From contig NZ_PQWO01000007.1 of assembly GCF_003231495.1 (NCBI RefSeq), forward strand, positions 120,001 through 152,000: a DNA stretch of 32,000 bases. Reading direction: 5' to 3'. Origin of the DNA: Acaryochloris thomasi RCC1774 (lineage in GTDB: Bacteria > Cyanobacteriota > Cyanobacteriia > Thermosynechococcales > Thermosynechococcaceae). How positions within the stretch are numbered: position 1 is the first letter of the stretch; every line of letters starts with the position of its first letter. Made by a program: the position numbers and the translations under genes. Below the pieces are notes generated by a model. The model was not told the origin of the DNA. It made no database searches and worked only from the letters and a program-made list of their open reading frames with translations. Of this stretch, positions 25,560-32,000 are shown piece after piece.

Positions 25560-26699
25560 ATGCGTTACTCTGCGCCCACCTTGCTTGGCCTGCTTGCTGC
25601 AGGTCTGGGGGGGCAATTAGATTGTCAAGTGAGTTTTGCTGCGCCTCTAGCTCAGATTGCGCCAACACAGTCGATATCTGCGCCGGCTGCACCTTCAAGT
25701 TCTGAGGCATTACCGGCCAAGGTGCATTATGAAGCGGGCAAGGTTCTCTATCATACGGGTCGCTTAGCAGCGGCTGAGAAGGCTTTTCAAACCGTTCTGC
25801 TTCAAGAACCACAGTGGGCTGAGGCGCATATCGCTTTGGGGTTAGTGTTTCAGGCTCAGAAAAAACTGCCCGAGGCTATTCTTTCATTCCAGCGGGCTGC
25901 AGAGCTGCAGCCGAATAATCGGCAGGCACGGTCTCAGCTAGCCTATGCGCTCCGGCTGCAGGGGGACAAAGAACAGGCCGTTGCGGTTCTACAGCCGGTT
26001 AATCAACAGCAACTCAAGACGGCCTCAGCGTATCACCGTTTAGGGCAGAGCCTCGGTCAGCAGCAAAAAACGAGCTCTGCGATTGAGGCCTACCGTCAGG
26101 CTGTCGCACTGAACCCTAAGTTTGCTCAGGCCTATCTTGATTTGGGGCTCACCCTGCAGAAAAATCAACAATCTCAAGAGGCTATAGTGGCCTTTGAACA
26201 AGCCATTGCCCTTTCTCCTCAGCTTGCTGAGGCTCATGTGGGTTTAGGGGTAGGTCTGAGTGCCCAAGGTGATCTCAAGGGAGCCACTGCCGCCTATCGA
26301 ACAGCTTTAAAGATCAATCCTAAGAATGCCAATGCTCACAACAATTTGGGTTTAATCCTTGCTGCTCAAGGCAAATATGCCGATGCTGGTGCGGCTTATC
26401 GAGAGGCAATTAAGCACAATGCAAAACTTGCCGCAGCTCATGTAAATTTGGGCTTAGCGCTGGCTCAGCAGCAAAAATTTGATCAAGCGATCTCAACCTA
26501 TGAGCAGGCTCTCAAACTCCAGCCCACATTAGCGCCAGCTCAGGAAGGACTGGGTATTGCCTTTTTTAACAAGGGGCAAAAACAGCAGGCGATCTCTGCT
26601 CTCCAGCGGTCAGTGCAGCTCTATCAAACGCAGGGCAATCTTGTCCATGCCTCTGAGATTAGCGTGTTTATCGACGAAATTCAGACCCAAAACGAGTAG
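25560..26699 (+). CDS. Secreted tetratricopeptide (TPR) repeat protein
   Basis: The ORF-track start is 25464. I prefer 25560 (MRYSAPTLLGLLAAGLGG...), which yields a signal peptide. It has about 9 consecutive 34-aa TPR units, for example AEAHIALGLVFQAQKKLPEAILSFQRAAELQPNN. Confidence 0.8.
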   Translation: MRYSAPTLLGLLAAGLGGQLDCQVSFAAPLAQIAPTQSISAPAAPSSSEALPAKVHYEAGKVLYHTGRLAAAEKAFQTVLLQEPQWAEAHIALGLVFQAQKKLPEAILSFQRAAELQPNNRQARSQLAYALRLQGDKEQAVAVLQPVNQQQLKTASAYHRLGQSLGQQQKTSSAIEAYRQAVALNPKFAQAYLDLGLTLQKNQQSQEAIVAFEQAIALSPQLAEAHVGLGVGLSAQGDLKGATAAYRTALKINPKNANAHNNLGLILAAQGKYADAGAAYREAIKHNAKLAAAHVNLGLALAQQQKFDQAISTYEQALKLQPTLAPAQEGLGIAFFNKGQKQQAISALQRSVQLYQTQGNLVHASEISVFIDEIQTQNE

Positions 26700-26733
26700 T
26701 TTTTGTCCATCGATTCTTTGCTAGATCTTGCCC

Positions 26734-27363
26734 TTACACTAAATCCTTGACCCAGTCTTTGAGCAGATCGAGCAAACTTGCCCCACCCCAAAAGACAGCA
26801 ATCAAAATAGAAATAGAAACGGCGGCTCCAAAGAGACAAATCACCAGTCCTGCCAGACAGATGGCACCATCATCTTCTAGTAAACCAAAGCCGGTGACAA
26901 AGATGCCAATCGCCGGGAGCGTGTTGGTCCCAGGGATAATAATCATCATTGAGATTGCCATCAAAGCAATCGCACAGCCAATCACAACTCGCCCCACAGG
27001 TGTCGTACACACTGGCAGTAACCGAGGACGGGCGATGGCTTCAATTCGTTTTAGCCACGGTAGCCCAGCTTTGAGGAAAGACTGCACTTTTGGCAGTGAT
27101 ATGGAATGCTTTGCAAACCGTTGAGGGACCCAAGGCTGCTGGTGGCCTAGGACAAGCTGCGTTGCTAGCAGAAATAGCACAATCCCAAAGGGAACTGAAT
27201 AGCCCGGTGCCGGAACGGGCAAGGCTGAAGGCAGCGCGAGTAAAACAAAGAGAAAGCCAAAGACCCGTTCCCCTGAGATTTCCAGTAGGTCTTGCAAGGT
27301 AACGTTGGGACTGCGCTCAGTTTCCAAAAACTCACGCTGAAGTTCAGCAGATAAACGGGCCAT
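26734..27363 (-). CDS. ExoD-family membrane protein (exopolysaccharide synthesis ExoD-like)
   Basis: 209 aa. TLQDLLEISGERVFGFLFVLLALPSALPVPAPGYSVPFG...Q.PWVPQRF matches my memory of the ExoD family pattern, followed by more TM helices. Confidence 0.6.
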   Translation of the reverse strand: MARLSAELQREFLETERSPNVTLQDLLEISGERVFGFLFVLLALPSALPVPAPGYSVPFGIVLFLLATQLVLGHQQPWVPQRFAKHSISLPKVQSFLKAGLPWLKRIEAIARPRLLPVCTTPVGRVVIGCAIALMAISMMIIIPGTNTLPAIGIFVTGFGLLEDDGAICLAGLVICLFGAAVSISILIAVFWGGASLLDLLKDWVKDLV

Positions 27364-27556
27364 AGAAGTGGTCGGGATGGACAGTCACAAAATTATAAGG
27401 GCTGTAATGCAGCCAAAACTGCCGCACAATTTTTAGATATTCCAAACCTATTGCCCTCGCTGAGAGTAATTGAGTCATGAGTGCTCAATCGTCATCTGGT
27501 GCTAGGTCATATCGATAATCTGGAAAAGCAAGGGGCCAGCAAATTATGAAAATCAC

Positions 27557-27568
27557 TCACAATTGTGA
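27557..27568. promoter_or_regulatory. Perfect 12-bp palindrome TCACAATTGTGA in the exoD/ahcY divergent region (candidate operator)
   Basis: Self-complementary on direct reading. It lies 35 nt upstream of a TACAAT -10-like hexamer (27603-27608) and about 230 nt upstream of the ahcY ATG. Confidence 0.3.
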
Positions 27569-27798
27569 CAGGTAATCCCGTCTTAGTCATAAAAAGCTCT
27601 GTTACAATTTCGACATTGCTTTTTGGCCTAGAATAGTTTTCATTCTAAGAGCACGCCATGATTTGACTGCTGGAACCTAAACAGCGTTTCGAGTCGCATC
27701 GACAGAGTTGGTCGCGTTGCTCTCCAGCTTAGCCACTGAATTGAGTGCGCTGATCAACACCCGCATATATTGAACACTGCAACCAGCAAAAGGATCAT

Positions 27799-29208
27799 AT
27801 GACTACACAAGTAATGCCCAAGCCCCAGACAGGTCCGGCGGCCCAAGACTATAAGGTCGCAGATATCTCCTTGGCCGATTGGGGACGCAAAGAAATTGCT
27901 ATTGCCGAAGGTGAAATGCCGGCACTAATGACTATTCGTGCTAAATACCGAGACAGTAAGCCGCTGCAGGGCGCTAAGATTCTCGGCTGCATTCATATGA
28001 CCATTCAGACGGCGGTTTTGATCGAAACCCTCTGTGAATTGGGGGCTGAAGTTCGCTGGTCCTCTTGCAATATCTTTTCAACTCAGGATCATGCTGCTGC
28101 TGCCATTGCCGCTTCTGGGGTGCCCGTCTTTGCCTGGAAAGGGGAAACCGAAGACGAGTATATGTGGTGCATCGAGCAGACTTGCCATACTCCTGCGGGT
28201 GATCTGTGGGAGGCCAACATGATTTTGGATGATGGTGGTGACCTGACCGGCCACATTCACGAGCAATACCCTGAAATGCTCACCCGGATTCACGGTGTCA
28301 CTGAAGAGACCACAACGGGGGTCCACCGGCTGCTGGAGATGCTGGAGAAAGGAACGCTGAAGATTCCAGCCATTAATGTCAATGATTCAGTTACGAAGGC
28401 CAAGAACGACAATAAATACGGCTGTCGCCATAGCCTTAATGATGCGATTAAGCGCGGCACCGACCATCTGATGGCCGGTAAGAAGGCTCTTGTGATTGGC
28501 TACGGCGATGTGGGTAAAGGTTCCGCTGCTTCTCTGCGCCAGGAGGGCATGATCGTTAAGGTGACTGAGGCTGATCCGATTTGCGCCATGCAGGCCTGCA
28601 TGGATGGCTTTGAAGTGGTTTCGCCTTATCTCAATGGTCACAATGACGGTAGCGCGAACAGCGTTAACGCTGAGCTGTTGGCTAAGACTGACCTAGTGGT
28701 CACTACGACAGGAAACTTCAATGTCTGTGACGCCAACATGCTCAAGGCTCTGAAGTCAGGAGCTGTGGTCTGCAATATTGGTCACTTTGATAATGAGATC
28801 GATACAGCTTATATGCGTAAAGAATGGCGTTGGCAAGAAGTGAAGCCTCAGGTCCATCAGGTCTACCGCAGTGATGCGGCTGATGACTTTTTGATTCTCT
28901 TGTCTGAAGGTCGCCTAGTGAATTTGGGTAATGCGACCGGACATCCTTCGCGGATTATGGATGGTTCCTTTGCGAATCAGGTTCTAGCACAGATGTTCTT
29001 GTTTGAGCGCAAGTTTGCTGATTTGCCGGCTGACCAGCAGGCGAAGGCGCTGACGGTTGAGGTGTTACCCAAACAGCTTGATGAAGAGGTCGCCCGCTAT
29101 ATGGTGGAAGGCTTTGGAGGCGTGATCACGAAACTGACGCCAGACCAGGCTCAGTACATTAATGTTCCAGCAGCCGGTCCATTCAAGCCAGACAGCTATA
29201 AGTACTAA
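27799..29208 (+). CDS. ahcY: Adenosylhomocysteinase
   Basis: 469 aa. [28 protein letters not shown], the NAD site [17 protein letters not shown], and a C-terminal PFKPDSYKY. Confidence 0.95.
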   Translation: MTTQVMPKPQTGPAAQDYKVADISLADWGRKEIAIAEGEMPALMTIRAKYRDSKPLQGAKILGCIHMTIQTAVLIETLCELGAEVRWSSCNIFSTQDHAAAAIAASGVPVFAWKGETEDEYMWCIEQTCHTPAGDLWEANMILDDGGDLTGHIHEQYPEMLTRIHGVTEETTTGVHRLLEMLEKGTLKIPAINVNDSVTKAKNDNKYGCRHSLNDAIKRGTDHLMAGKKALVIGYGDVGKGSAASLRQEGMIVKVTEADPICAMQACMDGFEVVSPYLNGHNDGSANSVNAELLAKTDLVVTTTGNFNVCDANMLKALKSGAVVCNIGHFDNEIDTAYMRKEWRWQEVKPQVHQVYRSDAADDFLILLSEGRLVNLGNATGHPSRIMDGSFANQVLAQMFLFERKFADLPADQQAKALTVEVLPKQLDEEVARYMVEGFGGVITKLTPDQAQYINVPAAGPFKPDSYKY

Positions 29209-29248
29209 AGCCGTAAGTGCAGAGGGAATCAAACCTTCATAACTAGGA

Positions 29249-29283
29249 GCGCAGGGCATTATTTAGTGCCCTGCGCTTTTTTG
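29249..29283 (+). terminator. Rho-independent terminator of ahcY
   Basis: GCGCAGGGCA-ttatttag-TGCCCTGCGC followed by TTTTTTG, 41 nt after the stop. Confidence 0.85.
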
Positions 29284-29450
29284 TGAGGTTACCTGGTTGG
29301 CTGGGAACCTCTACTGGGGTTCTGAGTCCTTTAAACTGATACAAAAGTTTGCTGCATCACCCGATGCTCTATGACGGGCGATTTCAGGATGTGAGTACCG
29401 AAATCGCAAGCGCTCTTCTGTTGATCAAGGTCTATTGCGGGAATATTTCT

Positions 29451-30176
29451 ATGAGGTACGTTTACAAATCAGCCGGTTTGCTGTTGGGTTGCTCAACGAT
29501 CGGTTTTGTCGCTCTTGCTCCTTTGGGACTGTCGCCTCTAGCAGCGCAGACGGAGGCGGCACCTACTGTCACGGAAGAGTCAGTGGCTCCACCAGCGACG
29601 CAAGATGCTGGTGCTGAACCTGCTGCAGAAGAGTCATCTGCTACGGTGGCGGAGTATGTGCGGCAGGGCGATCGCCACTATGCGGCGGCGGATTATGAAG
29701 ATGCGATCGCATCCTACACCCAGTCTCTCGAACTTTTCAATAGAAACGCTTACGCCTATTACAATCGGGGCAATGCCTTTCGTCAGCTCGATAATTACAA
29801 AGAAGCCTTAGCAGACTACAATCGTGCCTTACAGATCAACCCTGAGAATATCTTTGCCTACCTCTATCGAGGGATGGCGCTGCAAGAGCTAGGGGAAGAT
29901 CAGGGGGCCGTGGCAAGCTTTAGCGCGGCAATTGAGCGCAATGGCTCTAATCCCCTCGCCTTTGAAAAGCGGGGAGAAGCTTACCACGCGATAGGGGATA
30001 AGCAGGCCGCGCTAAAAGACTTAGAACAAGCATTGAAACTCTACAAAAAAGCAGACAAGTATCGCCAAGAGCGTGCTGTGGAAAAGCAAATTAAAAAGGT
30101 GAAATCCAGTAAAGGGGCTTCTGAGTCAGAAACCTCCGCTGCCGATGCCTCCACCCCAGAACCTCCCGCTCCCTAG
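29451..30176 (+). CDS. Secreted TPR repeat protein with an acidic, low-complexity linker
   Basis: The ORF-track start is 29349. I prefer 29451 (MRYVYKSAGLLLGCSTIGFVALAPLGLSPLAAQ, a signal peptide). TPR units include YYNRGNAFRQLDNYKEALADYNRALQINPEN. Confidence 0.8.
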   Translation: MRYVYKSAGLLLGCSTIGFVALAPLGLSPLAAQTEAAPTVTEESVAPPATQDAGAEPAAEESSATVAEYVRQGDRHYAAADYEDAIASYTQSLELFNRNAYAYYNRGNAFRQLDNYKEALADYNRALQINPENIFAYLYRGMALQELGEDQGAVASFSAAIERNGSNPLAFEKRGEAYHAIGDKQAALKDLEQALKLYKKADKYRQERAVEKQIKKVKSSKGASESETSAADASTPEPPAP

Positions 30177-30183
30177 GTGCAGC

Positions 30184-30570
30184 TCAGCGCTCTGGCTTCG
30201 CCGCCTTTAACCGAGTACACCACCAGCTCTGCGCTTCAGACGTGAGCTTCGTGGTGTACAGCGTCATCACAAAAATAGCCCCTGGCTGACCGTAGTTTAA
30301 AAGCTCAACGCAATAAGAGGCATAGCGACGCGTCGCCATATCGACTACTAAGCGACGACCAATCCGCCGCCAGCTTGGTTCTTTGCTGTGCCACTGCAGG
30401 CGGCAGCAGGGCCAAGGGAGCTGTTCGCGGTCGTAGAGACGACAGCAGGGGCCAATCACCCGATAGCTAAACTGCTGTCCCGAACTCTGGAAAATATACC
30501 CTGTGGGCCAGGGATGCTCAGGGACAGGGGGATCAAGACGATTCAAGCTGGGATGAGCGACAGGAATCAC
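30184..30570 (-). CDS. Hypothetical Cys/Trp-rich protein
   Basis: 128-aa ORF with a GTG start that overlaps the upstream kinase gene by 38 nt. It contains a duplicated PCCRL motif (GPCCRLYD, WPCCRLQW). I recognise no family. Confidence 0.4.
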   Translation of the reverse strand: MIPVAHPSLNRLDPPVPEHPWPTGYIFQSSGQQFSYRVIGPCCRLYDREQLPWPCCRLQWHSKEPSWRRIGRRLVVDMATRRYASYCVELLNYGQPGAIFVMTLYTTKLTSEAQSWWCTRLKAAKPER

Positions 30571-31561
30571 GGTGGTGAGCGTCTAGGAACGATTGGACTT
30601 CGGCTGCGGTGGGCTGAGATGCGATCGCACCTGGCTTGAGCGTAGCCAGCGCACCCACAGCACTAGCATATCGAATCATCTCCTTGAGCAGAGAGGCATC
30701 CTGGAAATCTCCATGATAATGAAAGTCTCGCGCACAGCACTGATGCAGAAAACCGGCTAAGAAAGCATCACCTGCCCCTGTCGTATCGACAACGGGAACT
30801 CGAAAGGCCTCTGTGTGGCCGCAGCAAGCCGAGATTTTATACCGACATCCTTTTGCCCCTGCCGTGACTAGCACCCCCGCCTGCGGATATTCTCGGGCAA
30901 TCTGTTCTGGATCGGTTGTATTGAAAAGCCACTGCGCTTCTTCCTCTGACAGCTTTAGCATTTGGACCTGCTGGAGCAGATCCAAAATCATGGGTTTGGC
31001 TAACGTCGGCTGAGGCCAAAACATCGGCCGCCAATTGATATCGATCCAAACCTTGACACGGTGCTTCTGGGCCAGCCGCAGCGCCTGAACAATTGCGCCA
31101 CAGGTCTCTGGATAGGCCAGCGCTAGGGTGCCCATCACGAGGTAGTCTGCCGTTGCGAATAAAGACTCAGGCAGGGCATCCGCCTGTAGATAGGCATCGG
31201 CAAAGTCGGTGGTTTGATGGTCACCAAACCCCGAGAAGATGCGATCGCCTGCCTCTGATCTCGTCACGTAGACTTGGCGCGTGGGCTCCTCCCGCTGCTG
31301 GATGCCCGTTCGATCCACCTGATGTTGGTCAAGCAGCTCTATCAATTGCTGCCCCCAGCGGTCCTGTCCCAGGCACCCGATGAAACCCGCCGTTGTTCCC
31401 AGCTTGGCCAGGGCGCAGGCAACGTTCGCAGGTGCGCCACCTGGGTAGGGCGTCCAAGATTTGACTTCAGTGAAGGGCCGTCCTAGCTGATCGGCGAGGC
31501 AGTCCCACAGAACTTCCCCTAAACAGAGAACCTGAGGACTGTTCTGCACATCAACGACCAA
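30533..31561 (-). CDS. PfkB-family carbohydrate kinase, probable fructokinase
   Basis: 342 aa with a TTG start. VLCLGEVLWDCL, GGAPANVACALAKLG, and the ATP/anion-hole motif DTTGAGDAFLAGFL. Confidence 0.8.
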   Translation of the reverse strand: MVVDVQNSPQVLCLGEVLWDCLADQLGRPFTEVKSWTPYPGGAPANVACALAKLGTTAGFIGCLGQDRWGQQLIELLDQHQVDRTGIQQREEPTRQVYVTRSEAGDRIFSGFGDHQTTDFADAYLQADALPESLFATADYLVMGTLALAYPETCGAIVQALRLAQKHRVKVWIDINWRPMFWPQPTLAKPMILDLLQQVQMLKLSEEEAQWLFNTTDPEQIAREYPQAGVLVTAGAKGCRYKISACCGHTEAFRVPVVDTTGAGDAFLAGFLHQCCARDFHYHGDFQDASLLKEMIRYASAVGALATLKPGAIASQPTAAEVQSFLDAHHRDSCRSSQLESS

Positions 31562-31564
31562 GGG

Positions 31565-32000
31565 CTATTGTGCGTTTTGACGGGCTTCAGCAAAGATCTC
31601 ATCAAGGATCTCTTGAGCACCCTGCTCCCGCACCTTTGCTGCCAGTTCACTGCCCAGCGCTTCTGGATCGGTACCGGTCACCTGATCTTTGATCAATCGC
31701 TTACCGTCTAGGCTGGCCACCATACCCACAAGCGTTAGCTGATCGCCCTCAAAGCTGGTGTTGACGCCAATGGGAACCTGGCAGCCGCCCTCTAGTTCTC
31801 GCAGAAAAGAGCGTTCGGCAAGGCAGCGAAGCGTACTGGGCTGGTGGGCTAAGCCCTGTAAGATTGACAAAATTTCTTCGTCACCCTCTCGACATTCAAT
31901 CCCCAAAGCGCCTTGGCCGACGGCGTGGAGCGAGATCTCTGCTGGGATGGCCTGATGGATGCGATCGCCAAAATCTAGGCGCTGTAGACCGGCCACTGCC
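31565..32000 (-). CDS. hemC: Porphobilinogen deaminase (hydroxymethylbilane synthase), C-terminal part; the gene continues beyond the window end
   Basis: [20 protein letters not shown] carries the dipyrromethane-cofactor Cys region. The frame is open to the window edge, so the ORF-track Met is not the true start. Confidence 0.9.
   Translation of the reverse strand, partial: AVAGLQRLDFGDRIHQAIPAEISLHAVGQGALGIECREGDEEILSILQGLAHQPSTLRCLAERSFLRELEGGCQVPIGVNTSFEGDQLTLVGMVASLDGKRLIKDQVTGTDPEALGSELAAKVREQGAQEILDEIFAEARQNAQ

Noticed and set aside
27620-27798. Possible SAH riboswitch in the ahcY leader.
   Set aside because: I could not find the conserved SAH-element core (AGGAGCGCUGC...CAGGCUCGG...GGCGCUC as I recall it). 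That riboswitch class is not typical of cyanobacteria.
1-32000. Searched for CRISPR arrays, IS elements or transposases, integrases, phage genes, and rRNA or tRNA genes.
   Set aside because: I saw no spaced direct repeats, no DDE, tyrosine or serine recombinase motifs, and no tRNA-like cloverleaf signatures. The window looks like core chromosome rather than an accessory island.

Overview
This looks like a cyanobacterial chromosomal segment: I count 21 copies of the HIP1 octamer GCGATCGC. It is densely packed with about 30 genes, most of them housekeeping. They include psaF-psaJ, tsaD, nnr, tgt, a group-3 sigma factor, a type II peroxiredoxin next to glutathione reductase, a tightly coupled BI-1/spp/ruvA/DUF120-like gene string, ahcY, a PfkB fructokinase and a partial hemC. 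I found no rRNA, tRNA, CRISPR array, transposase or phage genes. All protein-family calls rest on motifs read by eye and on memory of those families; no searches were run.

I found no clear-cut novel multi-gene system. The items most worth a second look are:
1. A subtilase fused to a polytopic membrane domain, followed directly by a histidine kinase / REC / REC-PAS-GGDEF-EAL operon.
2. A membrane protein that resembles the C-terminal half of cyanobacterial NACHT/STAND NTPases but has no ATPase domain.
3. An orphan Rad50/SbcC-like ABC ATPase of about 912 aa with an extremely glutamine-rich coiled coil, no CxxC hook and no nuclease partner.
4. A 640-bp convergent gap in which a near-consensus promoter and a strong hairpin frame a candidate sRNA of about 300 nt.
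5. About sixfold over-representation of the palindrome CTGCAG, in addition to HIP1.
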